The position numbers were made by a program, and so were the translations under genes. Below the pieces are notes generated by a model, which did not search any database, had not been told where the DNA came from, and worked only from the letters and a program-made list of their open reading frames with translations. A stretch of 64,000 bases of DNA from an uncultured Candidatus Saccharibacteria bacterium (GTDB taxonomy: Bacteria; Patescibacteriota; Minisyncoccia; Phycocordibacterales; UBA918). Below, piece by piece: positions 31,844 to 40,962 of the stretch (its first letter is position 1; the number at the start of each line of letters is the position of its first letter). The DNA lies in assembly GCA_964643955.1 (NCBI GenBank), contig CAZXUO010000001.1, forward strand, positions 78,314-142,313. Direction: 5' to 3'.

Positions 31844-32230
31844 CTAAAACAAATATACGATTCCTAAAAAAATAAGATATGCGAATACGAACGGAGCAAC
31901 AAGCCAGAAAATAACGAAGGCAACAATGCCGGCAAACATCACTATGAGAATAATAAAACCGCAGAGAATGATCACGAGGCGCATAAGCGCGCCTACAATA
32001 CGAGTCATGATATTCACAACGAGTGCTTCGAAAAAGCGCTCGAGGCCATTTCGAACGTGGTATTCCTCCTGTACGCGCCGCCACGGAGAAAAAAGCGTTC
32101 GAAGCAGCATCGGAATAGAGAAAAAGTGGACCGCAAACCACATCAAGTTAGTCCAAATGGAGACGATGCTCCGAAACGCCGCACCGTAGTGCCAGCCGAT
32201 ATAATCGACCACGATAACACCGGGATTCAT
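31844..32230 (-). CDS. Membrane protein coupled to the Clp ATPase
   Basis: FFSIPMLLRTLFSPWRR motif; stop 3 bp before the Clp start. Confidence 0.8.
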   Translation of the reverse strand: MNPGVIVVDYIGWHYGAAFRSIVSIWTNLMWFAVHFFSIPMLLRTLFSPWRRVQEEYHVRNGLERFFEALVVNIMTRIVGALMRLVIILCGFIILIVMFAGIVAFVIFWLVAPFVFAYLIFLGIVYLF

Positions 32231-32285
32231 GTGCCCTTATTATACCCTCAAGTACCGTGCTCAAACAGCCACATCTGGAGATATA

Positions 32286-32855
32286 CTAGACCCTCAGTCC
32301 CCATGCGCTTGCGCTTGGCATACGCTCTTTGCGTGCAAGAAAAAACTGACTGAAACCAAAGCAGGCCATCAGAGCGGCAGCGATAAATCGGTACCAGACC
32401 CACACCTCGTATGAATACAAGCGCCATGCGAGCTCGCTACCAATTCCGCACACCAGAAAGAAAATTCCCCATCTGAGTGAGAGGCGCATCCAGCCGCGGT
32501 CGGTGATATCAAACATCGTCTCAAAGAGCGGCTTGAGTGCCGGCGTACCGCGCATATATCCTATAAACATCACGATTCCAAATACGCTGTTGTAAAGGGT
32601 GTACTCAAGTGCAATCCAAAAGGGATCATGCGTCAAAAGCGTAATGGCGCCAGAGAGAAGCACAAAGCTGCTCGCGATGAGTGAAAAAAGTGGCAAGCGT
32701 CGGTCACGCGAAAGTGAGACAAGTAATGAGAGCGTGGTCGCTGCCATGAGTGCCCATACCCCTGAAAAGAAATCCTCGAGCGTAGCAACGGCAAAAAATA
32801 CCACCACCGGGCCAAACTCGATACCCAACGAAACGAGAAAACGTCGCAGCGCCAT
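32286..32855 (-). CDS. YciB/IspZ-family inner membrane protein
   Basis: EFGPVVVFF, GWMRLSLRWGIFF, WVWYRF. Confidence 0.85.
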   Translation of the reverse strand: MALRRFLVSLGIEFGPVVVFFAVATLEDFFSGVWALMAATTLSLLVSLSRDRRLPLFSLIASSFVLLSGAITLLTHDPFWIALEYTLYNSVFGIVMFIGYMRGTPALKPLFETMFDITDRGWMRLSLRWGIFFLVCGIGSELAWRLYSYEVWVWYRFIAAALMACFGFSQFFLARKERMPSASAWGLRV

Positions 32856-32860
32856 ACTTA

Positions 32861-33331
32861 TTATCGCAATACAACTGATCCGCTATCAAATTTCAAATCA
32901 AGAATGAGCTGGCCGTCGGGACTAAAATGATAACCGCTCGTATGTTCAAGCATCTGCACAAATTCTTGCTCTTGTGCTCCCTCACAGAATTTCTTTGTAA
33001 GACCAATAGGTCCGAACATAAGCTGTGTGCCATCTCGCGTGTATGTCCCGAAACCCGCATTGCAGTCTGTTGTTACTGAAAAATTCCCGTCTTCAGAAAA
33101 AGAGAGCGTAAAAGCATCGGCATTTCGCGGCGTGATGATGCGCTCGTCATTATAGAGTGACTCCTCCCACATCCATGTCTTGCCGGTAAGTGTCGGAGCA
33201 GTTGTCTCTGTTTCTTCCGTTTCCGTGACGGGCGCACCGCCTTGTTTTTCGTAGTAAATATAGTTATTTAAAAAGAAAAAACCGACAATGAGCGCAGCGA
33301 TGACGGCAAGTACAAAATATACAATTTTCAT
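32861..33331 (-). CDS. META domain exported protein
   Basis: TDCNAGFG...TKKFC. Confidence 0.85.
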   Translation of the reverse strand: MKIVYFVLAVIAALIVGFFFLNNYIYYEKQGGAPVTETEETETTAPTLTGKTWMWEESLYNDERIITPRNADAFTLSFSEDGNFSVTTDCNAGFGTYTRDGTQLMFGPIGLTKKFCEGAQEQEFVQMLEHTSGYHFSPDGQLILDLKFDSGSVVLR

Positions 33332-33337
33332 ATCGAT

Positions 33338-33568
33338 TTATAATTTTTCAATTTCCTTTAAATCTTTGTCAGGAATGTAGAGGATAAACAGACCAAGTAC
33401 GATACCACCGATCGCTGTCCAGAGATGACTTCCGCTAAAAAAGAGAAGATCGATACCATCGAGAACATACCAGATACCGCGCCAGATCAATACAAGCCCC
33501 ACGACGACGAGGATATTTTTTGCAACATACCGCACCACTCCAAAACCACTTCGCTCACGCTGTTTCAT
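33338..33568 (-). CDS. Small two-TM membrane protein
   Basis: VLIWRGIWYVLD motif. Confidence 0.7.
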   Translation of the reverse strand: MKQRERSGFGVVRYVAKNILVVVGLVLIWRGIWYVLDGIDLLFFSGSHLWTAIGGIVLGLFILYIPDKDLKEIEKL

Positions 33569-33584
33569 ATGATTCATCATACCA

Positions 33585-34298
33585 TCACCATGAGAGCGGC
33601 ACTTCGATAAGCAATATCTGCGCACCTCCTTTGCTTTCGATTAAGATATTCGGTTCTTCAGAAATACCAATCGCATCACGCGCAGAAAGCTGCTCACCGA
33701 GAACCTCGACCTCTCCTTCTATCGCAAAAAGGTACAAACCATGCGCTATATTTTTTAACTCATAGTCACATCGACCTTCCTTCCCGAGCACACCATACGA
33801 AATATACGCGTCTTGATGTACTAAAAGGCTTTTTTCCTGCGCATCAGGCGATACCAAAAGCACAAGTCCGTCATACTTCACATCAAAGCCGAAGGGATGT
33901 TGCGCATAGCGAGGAGTAATACCTTTTGATCGAGGCTCTATCCAAAGTTGAAAAAGTGCGAGTGGCTCATCGGCTGATGCATTTTCCTCGCTATGCACGA
34001 CACCCGTACCTGCCGACATCACCTGCACATCTCCTGCTGCGACGGTACCTGTATTCCCCATACTGTCTCCATGAGTCACGGTGCCTTTCATAACGATCGT
34101 CACAATCTCCATATCACGATGCGGATGCGCGCCAAAACCAGTACTCGGTGCAATGATGTCATCATTCAGTACTCGCAAAGCACCGAAGCACATCCTCGTA
34201 GGCTCGTACCAGCTCGCAAAGCTAAAACTATGGCGTGTCGTGAGCCATCCATGATCTGCACCGCCTCGCTCCTCTGCTCGATGAATAACTTTTTGCAT
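33585..34298 (-). CDS. Pirin family protein
   Basis: HSFSF, LRVLNDD, HPHRDMEI, MSAGTGVVHSE, QLWI. Confidence 0.93.
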   Translation of the reverse strand: MQKVIHRAEERGGADHGWLTTRHSFSFASWYEPTRMCFGALRVLNDDIIAPSTGFGAHPHRDMEIVTIVMKGTVTHGDSMGNTGTVAAGDVQVMSAGTGVVHSEENASADEPLALFQLWIEPRSKGITPRYAQHPFGFDVKYDGLVLLVSPDAQEKSLLVHQDAYISYGVLGKEGRCDYELKNIAHGLYLFAIEGEVEVLGEQLSARDAIGISEEPNILIESKGGAQILLIEVPLSW

Positions 34299-34363
34299 AC
34301 CCGAAGTGTCCAAAGTATAGCAAAAGCGCCCTGAGGGCGCTTTTGCATCATTTTGACCAGTCC

Positions 34364-34813
34364 CTACTCAACACCAATCACCTCTTGACCCGCTACATCG
34401 TTACCTCCATCTCCATACCATTGCTGCTGCCATCCCTGCATATCTGCGATCTCCTTATTTTGTGCAGCAATAATCGCATCTGCGAGGTCTTTTATTTCTT
34501 GATGTGCCGCATTTGTGCGCGCAAGCTCTGCCATCTCAACTGCACCCTGGTGATGCACGATCATTTCTTCGAGAAATGCTTTATCAAACTCATCTCCGCT
34601 TTTTTCGCGAAGTGCGTCGTTCATGTCTGCCATCATATCCGCCATACTCATGCCAGCATCGTCATGCATCATGGTGCCGTCGGCCATCATATGCTCCCCA
34701 CGTTCCTTTTTCTCACCATATCCTTTTCCATCTTTGTGGTCACCAATACTGTATCCAACAAAGCTGCCTATGATGAGAGCTACCAAACCAACCACAATGA
34801 GTTTTGTGTTCAT
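34364..34813 (-). CDS. DUF305 domain protein
   Basis: FLEEMIVHHQGAVEMA...IIAAQNKEI. Confidence 0.9.
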   Translation of the reverse strand: MNTKLIVVGLVALIIGSFVGYSIGDHKDGKGYGEKKERGEHMMADGTMMHDDAGMSMADMMADMNDALREKSGDEFDKAFLEEMIVHHQGAVEMAELARTNAAHQEIKDLADAIIAAQNKEIADMQGWQQQWYGDGGNDVAGQEVIGVE

Positions 34814-34848
34814 ATTCAGGAATGTAATTTCACTACGTTTATCGATGA

Positions 34849-36096
34849 CTAAAATTCACCCAATGCATCATCGATCAGATCTTCAGCTTCGTCAACGAGA
34901 TCGAGCGCTTCTTCTTCGTCGCCATCATCGAGGGCATCGCGAGCATCATCGAGAAGGTCTTCGGCTTCTTCGAGGAGATCTTGTGCATCACCAGTATCCT
35001 CACCGTCACTTTCTGCTTCGTCGTATGCATCCCATGCATCATCGAGCTCATCTTGTGCATCATCAATCGCCTCCTCTGCCTCGTCGCTATCACTACCACT
35101 TCCGATTGCATCAAGTGCATCATCAATCGTGTCTTCTACCTCATCAGCAAGATCCAATGCTTCGTCAAAATTTTCGTCATCAAATGCCTCCCATGCATCA
35201 TCGAGGAGATTTTGTGCATCTTCAAGTAATTCCTGCGCCTCATCAACATCCTCTCCATCATCGTCTGCATCTTCAATCTTTGATTCGGCAAGATCGATAT
35301 CTTCTTCAAGATTCTCGAGTCGTTCCTCAGCTGCATCTTCATCAGATTCTCCTCCTGCGTCTTCATATGCATCTTCCGCATTATCACGAGCGTCATCAGC
35401 TGCTTCGATTGCATCAGCATAATCACCATCAAAATATGCACGCATCGCTTCAAACAGATCATTCTTCGCGTCTTCGAGATTATTTTTTGCGTTTTCAATG
35501 CCTTCAGCACCTCCGTTGTCATCAATTTGTTCCTCTGCTTCCTCGATTGCTTCAAGCGCTTCTTCAATCACAGTCCGTGCACCTTTTTCATTTACAGCAG
35601 GTGTTGAAGCTGGATTTGAGCTACCGCCCGCATTCTTAAGCTTCTCCTGAAGCGCCGCAACTTGCGCAAGGAGTTTTGCAGCAAGATCAGTACCCGATGT
35701 TGTGCCGCCTTCTGAAGGAGTTGTAGGAGCTGGCGTTGCAGTACCGCTCGTGAGTGCCGTGTACTTAGCGCGAGATTGTGCGCCAAAGTAACCAATAGGA
35801 GGAGTGAGGCCATTTGCCTTTTGCCATGCAATGACTGCTTTTTGTGTCAGATCTTTAAACTGCGTCGTCTCACGTCCAGGAGACCCAACGCCACTTGTAG
35901 CAATGACAAACCCTGCGCCGTTGAGGTATTGCTGGAGACAACGCACATCCTCCCCCTCCATACCAAGTTCAAGATTGCGTGTAAAGGTACATGTCGCTGC
36001 ATGTGCAGACGATGGAAGACTAATAAAAAGAAATACTGCAGCAATTACAAAAAAACCACTGATAAAAACCCCTCGAGTTATTGATGCGAATGTCAT
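34849..36096 (-). CDS. Secreted peptidoglycan-binding protein with acidic helical repeats
   Basis: Signal AHA; FTRNLELG...DVRCLQQYLN...AWQKANG...GYFG; D/E/A-rich repeats. Confidence 0.85.
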   Translation of the reverse strand: MTFASITRGVFISGFFVIAAVFLFISLPSSAHAATCTFTRNLELGMEGEDVRCLQQYLNGAGFVIATSGVGSPGRETTQFKDLTQKAVIAWQKANGLTPPIGYFGAQSRAKYTALTSGTATPAPTTPSEGGTTSGTDLAAKLLAQVAALQEKLKNAGGSSNPASTPAVNEKGARTVIEEALEAIEEAEEQIDDNGGAEGIENAKNNLEDAKNDLFEAMRAYFDGDYADAIEAADDARDNAEDAYEDAGGESDEDAAEERLENLEEDIDLAESKIEDADDDGEDVDEAQELLEDAQNLLDDAWEAFDDENFDEALDLADEVEDTIDDALDAIGSGSDSDEAEEAIDDAQDELDDAWDAYDEAESDGEDTGDAQDLLEEAEDLLDDARDALDDGDEEEALDLVDEAEDLIDDALGEF

Positions 36097-36133
36097 ACCT
36101 TTTTATTGTACCGCACACTTGAAGTCCACGTGC

Positions 36134-36700
36134 CTACATCTCCACAGAGCTTTTTTCGGATGATACTTCCGCATCTGGCTTTGCAATATTTTCTTTATAT
36201 TGCGCTGAAAGCAATCGATACGCATGTGAACGAAACGCGAGAAGTGTTACCAAAAGCCCTAAGATACCTGAGATTGAAAAGACGAGCGCGATACCTCGAT
36301 CAGCACCCGTACCAAACCAATCGCCAATGAGTGCGACGCCCGCACCTGTCGTCATAAACGGGATAAATACAAACTGTGCAATCGGGCCAATGAGAAATGC
36401 AGTGATCGGCATTGCTGCTGATTCGATACTTTGGGCAAATCCAAAAACACGCCCCTGCCGCTCGAACGGCACCAATGACTGAATGACGGTGTGCTCAGCG
36501 GCCTCAGCAAATGGAGCGAGCGTCATCCAGATCAACATGCCGACTCCAAGTAAGACGATCGACGGTTGAATGGTAAAAAAAATACACGTCGTCCAGAGCA
36601 CGACATTTACAAAAAACAGACTCCGCAGCGGTTGTGATCCAAGACCGTATCGAGCGATGTATGTGCTTCCAAAAATAAAACCCATACTCAACACTGCAAA
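36134..36700 (-). pseudogene. C-terminal fragment of an MFS transporter
   Basis: AEHTVIQSLVPFERQGRVFGFAQSIE motif; only ~5 TMs; 5' end abuts the tatA stop codon. Confidence 0.8.
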
Positions 36701-36877
36701 CTATTTTTTCTTCGTATCTCCACCTTGTTTCGGCTCATCTACATCTTTAAATGCGCTTCTCATGTGTTTTATAGCGTCAACAAGGCTTTTTGCCAACTCA
36801 GGAATTTTTTTAGCACCAAAGAGAAGGATGAGCAGTATCGCGAGTATTATCAGTTCTTTCGTTCCAAGTCCAAACAT
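36701..36877 (-). CDS. tatA: Twin-arginine translocase TatA (58 aa, not in the ORF track)
   Basis: MFGLGTKELIILAILLILLFGAKKIPELAKSLVDAIKHMRSAFKDVDEPKQGGDTKKK*. Confidence 0.93.
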   Translation of the reverse strand: MFGLGTKELIILAILLILLFGAKKIPELAKSLVDAIKHMRSAFKDVDEPKQGGDTKKK

Positions 36878-36900
36878 GGTCGTGTCGTATTACTTAATAA

Positions 36901-37629
36901 TTATGATGTCTGTTCGCCTCTTACGCTGAAATCATTATACATGATAGTCGCCTCGTACATAACAAGAAGAGGTACCACCATCATTAGGAGTGATACACCG
37001 TCAGTGGGAGGAAGAAGCGCCGTCGATAGAAACATAAAAAACACTGCATGACGCCTTTTCTCCTTTAAAAAACTCCCACTTAGTATGCCTACTTTTATCA
37101 AAAAGATGAGTACGATGGGAAATTCGAAAATGAGCCCCAGAAGCGCCGATGTAGAGATGATTTGAGATAAAAATACTCGAATATCCCAAAGATTTTCAAA
37201 ACCGAGACTGGTATTTATGTCTGCAAACGTTTGCATTGCATAGTACAAAATAGAAAAACTATACGTAAACCCAAACAAAAAAAGAAAAAGAATCAGTGGT
37301 AATAAGAAAAAGAACATTTTTTTCTCTTTTTTTCGTAGTCCGTTCCCAATAAATGCATACAGATGGTATAAAAAAACTGGCGCTGTGAGCAGAACTGCGG
37401 TAAATAAACCTGCATCCATCGCAAGATCAAGAAGCTGAAATGGTGAAGTTGCCGCCAACACAACATCTTCAAAATGAAATATACGAGTAAGGAATTTTAT
37501 GATAGGTATGAAGCATAGAAATCCAAACGCGAAAGTAATTACAAAAAATATCGTCAGGAAATAGATTCTCCCTGACAGATCTTCTAGATACGGCGAGTAT
37601 TCGTCAATTTTTTTCTGCAATTCATCCAT
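36901..37629 (-). CDS. tatC: Twin-arginine translocase TatC
   Basis: Six TMs; AFIGNGLRKKEK, GLIFEFP, RRHA, PPTDGVS, YE. Confidence 0.92.
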   Translation of the reverse strand: MDELQKKIDEYSPYLEDLSGRIYFLTIFFVITFAFGFLCFIPIIKFLTRIFHFEDVVLAATSPFQLLDLAMDAGLFTAVLLTAPVFLYHLYAFIGNGLRKKEKKMFFFLLPLILFLFLFGFTYSFSILYYAMQTFADINTSLGFENLWDIRVFLSQIISTSALLGLIFEFPIVLIFLIKVGILSGSFLKEKRRHAVFFMFLSTALLPPTDGVSLLMMVVPLLVMYEATIMYNDFSVRGEQTS

Positions 37630-37675
37630 ACTCGAGCTACTGTAGATTACAATCGTTTGCTAGACCGGAAGAATA

Positions 37676-37861
37676 CTATTCTGACATGATGAAAATATTA
37701 CCTCCCCCACCTTCATCCTCTGGTATCTCATGGACAATTTGCTGGCTACCGTCCGCATCGGTGAGGATATCTCCGAGAGAACCCACATAAACCACTGAGG
37801 GAAGTTCTACTAGAAAATCCTGACCTTCACCTTCTGAGAAATATATATCCGTAAATGCCAT
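37676..37861 (-). CDS. Small acidic hypothetical protein
   Basis: 61 aa, tightly packed in the operon. Confidence 0.7.
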   Translation of the reverse strand: MAFTDIYFSEGEGQDFLVELPSVVYVGSLGDILTDADGSQQIVHEIPEDEGGGGNIFIMSE

Positions 37862-37864
37862 ACA

Positions 37865-38518
37865 CTATACGCGCAATTTCCTCGTTACCTTTTTCTTCAA
37901 AAGACTGATGACCTCCTCCGTCGTAGTGGCCTCCGGTACTACATCTGGCGCTATTGGCGTAGTTGTGGCTTCAAAAATCTCGGAGATGCTTGGCAATATT
38001 GTGGGAGACGTCGAAGTACCCAAAACCTCAGGGGTCGTAGAAGATGTATCTGGTAGGGAAATCTCAGGAAGTTGAGGTGAAACATCTTCAGATTCCTCCC
38101 CACTCTCTTCAAAAAGCTCAACTTCATCTTCTACTACTGTCTCTGTTGTGGGGTTCTCTGCCTGTTCTTCCATTACTGTCTGCTCCACGGCCATAGCGTC
38201 CTGAAGAGATGCAGGCTCAAGCGAACCACTATTCATCTGTGAAAGTAATTCATTGGTCATACGAACGTATGAAGCTGCAGAATGCGTCGATTTTGGATCC
38301 AAGGCGAGAATTGCCAAACCAAGTTCTTTTGGTTCATTAAAATAGTAGACCATATTGCCATACTTCACATACTGCGCTTGATACGCCCCTCGTGAGAGCG
38401 ATGGATCAGCCGAATCGTAACATTCAATGAGAGCCATATCCTCATAACTACCGGTCGGCGATGCGACCTTAAGATTCGTATCCTCCATTAACGCGGCATG
38501 TTGTTCTATGTAAATCAT
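37865..38518 (-). CDS. Hypothetical protein with acidic Thr/Pro-rich tail
   Basis: Start MIYIEQ lies 1 bp after the upstream stop; no signal peptide. Confidence 0.75.
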   Translation of the reverse strand: MIYIEQHAALMEDTNLKVASPTGSYEDMALIECYDSADPSLSRGAYQAQYVKYGNMVYYFNEPKELGLAILALDPKSTHSAASYVRMTNELLSQMNSGSLEPASLQDAMAVEQTVMEEQAENPTTETVVEDEVELFEESGEESEDVSPQLPEISLPDTSSTTPEVLGTSTSPTILPSISEIFEATTTPIAPDVVPEATTTEEVISLLKKKVTRKLRV

Positions 38519-38519
38519 A

Positions 38520-40934
38520 TTAGTTTTGCGTGAGAAGTGCGCGTACTTTAATATCATCCGCAAGAGATGGACAGACATAGCGAATATAGGTGGTCTCACT
38601 TCCTCCTTTATCAGTTGTATCATAGTCACCCCACGCCCCACCATCATTTGTAGATTTTTGAAATGTCCCCTCTTCAGGATCTACAGTAGTGTCATCAACG
38701 AGTAATGAGCCCGTCACCGCATTATAGAGGCGAATACGCAGCTCCGGCACTGTACTCCCAAAAGCTGTAGAGAAACGCCATGCAAATGTCTTAGTGCTTA
38801 TCGAAGAATGTGCAACCGACGGTTGGTAATGACTATCGGTAGTGTTGTCCTCATATACAACACACACGTTATATACACGATTCGGCAGACAAAAGGTGCC
38901 TATGGTACGGAATTCAAATGCAAATTGGATTGCGGATGCACCCGCAACACTTGAAAGATCACCCGATTTGTCTATGAGAGTCCACGCCCCACTATCATCA
39001 CTAATTCCCAACGTACGATAGTATACACGCACTGGCTCAGTTGGCAGCGTCAGAGAGCCTTCGCCCAGATACTGCGCAGTATTGAAGTACGCACGTACAA
39101 ACTTTTCTGCATTCGGCGTTGCAAGAGACGGCGTGTAAAGACGTTGTTTCACTGATTCATCGGCATAATCCCAATCTGCGCCAAGTGGAACGGCATACAG
39201 TGCATTTGTTATCGCAGTAGTACCCGCGCGTACGATATAGGTCAGTCCCTCTTCCGACCACACATTGATGATACCTGCTTGGACGCTTGGATGTGGAACA
39301 GAGTTTGAATCAGCGGCAGACTGATCAATCTGCTTAGAATCAATGAGAAAAATGTGATCAAATGGATCGGAGTTCGTATTGTATTTGGTGATGTAGCTAC
39401 GCGCACCAGCTGAACCTGTCGAAGTAATTATCAGACGATCAATCTGATCGGAAATCTCAACACCTGTAAAAACGCCGCCGGCGCCATATGTACCAGCTCC
39501 TCCTGGGGGGACTTCTAGCATAGTGTCAGAAATATAGGTGGTCGAACCATTGACAATATTTCCCATTGCGACACGATAAATACGTGAAGCTGTTGCAAAA
39601 AAAAGCGATTTCTGCCCATTTGCCGGTCCATGCGCCAAGGTACCGATACGGCCGTTATTTGTCGCCGTGGTGTTACCAGTAACGGTCTGAATGCCGGTCG
39701 CAAAGACAAATGCTGAGGTGGTTTTCCCAGATGAAATAGAAGCGAGCGCACTACGAAAATTGTACTTATAAATAGATGGGGTCGTTGCAGCGACGCGCTC
39801 GATAACGTAACAGTACTGCTGCGTCCAGCTATCGCGATCATCAAGGGCAAGTCCAGAGTTTGCATCATTTGTGACGGTCGATGCGTCAGCAAGCCAGTAC
39901 ACAGCTTTCACTTTATCAACCGTTGTGGCCGCTGCGATAGTGACGCCTGCTGGGGTAAAGTCGTCGTATGAAAGACCCGATGCCATAAAAAGCCCACCGT
40001 TTGTTGCCGTTGCGTTCGTCGTTGTTGTCAGGCCGCGTAGGTCTTCGATCACATATGCAGTTCCCGCAGCGACAGTAATATTCGATGCGACACCGCCTGT
40101 TCCAGCAGCAGTGACATTGTTTTGAATAGTTATTGAGGTATTTGATCCGACAGCATTGATGTAGTACCACGTAGAGATCTGGGTGGGATCCGTAGAACCA
40201 AAACCAATGCGCGAACCTATAATAATGCGATCATCGGTCCATGTGGTACCTGATCCTGTCACAGTCGCCGTCGCGACTTCCACGGTTCCGGTCGTGTATT
40301 TGGCATAGACAGCGCGCATACCTGTAATCGTGTGATTGGTGGCCGCTGGATAGGTCATTATGATGAATCCTTTCCACGTAAAGATCGAGGTGCCTCTACG
40401 GAATTCGTAGCACGTGATGCGTCGTGTCGTGTTTGTCGCCGCACCGTCAGCAAGAAATACCCAGTCTATGTTGTAGTTCATATCAATCACGAAATTGGTG
40501 CTGCTCGGAATGGTTCCCGCTGTCGCGCTAAGTGTGATTGATGTATTTGATGCAATGGCCGTAATTGTATACCAATCCGTAACCGCAGTTGGATCTGTGG
40601 TTCCAAACCCAATACGTGCGTTGATTGGTACGCCAGCCGTATGCCACGCGGTCGTTGTGCCCGTAACTGCAGTCCCAGACACTGCGACCGTGCCTGTGGA
40701 ATAATATCCTGACTTATCTGCCCATCGCACTACGTGTGGATAGAGACCAGGCACCGAAACCGATGTCTCAAATGGACGGGCATTCCCCATCTTTATGGGG
40801 CCCGCAAACTTATCAGTGGCATCTTCACCCGTGTACTGTCGTATGAGGTCGCCTAAAACGGTTTTATTGGAATCATAAGCGTCATACATGACCGTACCTC
40901 CTGTGAATGTGTGTTCTGTAACGCGCTTTGCCAT
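38520..40934 (-). CDS. Large beta-rich protein with duplicated phage tail-fibre-like module; no signal peptide
   Basis: Two copies of TGTVxV...VTG..T.W...RIGFG.TDPT...WY.I.A..SNTSIT; Thr/Gly/Ala-rich. Confidence 0.75.
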   Translation of the reverse strand: MAKRVTEHTFTGGTVMYDAYDSNKTVLGDLIRQYTGEDATDKFAGPIKMGNARPFETSVSVPGLYPHVVRWADKSGYYSTGTVAVSGTAVTGTTTAWHTAGVPINARIGFGTTDPTAVTDWYTITAIASNTSITLSATAGTIPSSTNFVIDMNYNIDWVFLADGAATNTTRRITCYEFRRGTSIFTWKGFIIMTYPAATNHTITGMRAVYAKYTTGTVEVATATVTGSGTTWTDDRIIIGSRIGFGSTDPTQISTWYYINAVGSNTSITIQNNVTAAGTGGVASNITVAAGTAYVIEDLRGLTTTTNATATNGGLFMASGLSYDDFTPAGVTIAAATTVDKVKAVYWLADASTVTNDANSGLALDDRDSWTQQYCYVIERVAATTPSIYKYNFRSALASISSGKTTSAFVFATGIQTVTGNTTATNNGRIGTLAHGPANGQKSLFFATASRIYRVAMGNIVNGSTTYISDTMLEVPPGGAGTYGAGGVFTGVEISDQIDRLIITSTGSAGARSYITKYNTNSDPFDHIFLIDSKQIDQSAADSNSVPHPSVQAGIINVWSEEGLTYIVRAGTTAITNALYAVPLGADWDYADESVKQRLYTPSLATPNAEKFVRAYFNTAQYLGEGSLTLPTEPVRVYYRTLGISDDSGAWTLIDKSGDLSSVAGASAIQFAFEFRTIGTFCLPNRVYNVCVVYEDNTTDSHYQPSVAHSSISTKTFAWRFSTAFGSTVPELRIRLYNAVTGSLLVDDTTVDPEEGTFQKSTNDGGAWGDYDTTDKGGSETTYIRYVCPSLADDIKVRALLTQN

Positions 40935-40962
40935 AGATGAGAATTATATCAAACGTTCGATA

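Noticed and set aside
34623-35639. 338-aa His/Arg/Leu-rich plus-strand ORF
   Set aside because: Antisense shadow of the acidic repeat gene
36134-36877. TatA-MFS read-through fusion (same frame across TAG)
   Set aside because: One-in-three chance of being in frame; TatA is complete and TAG is a normal stop elsewhere in the window
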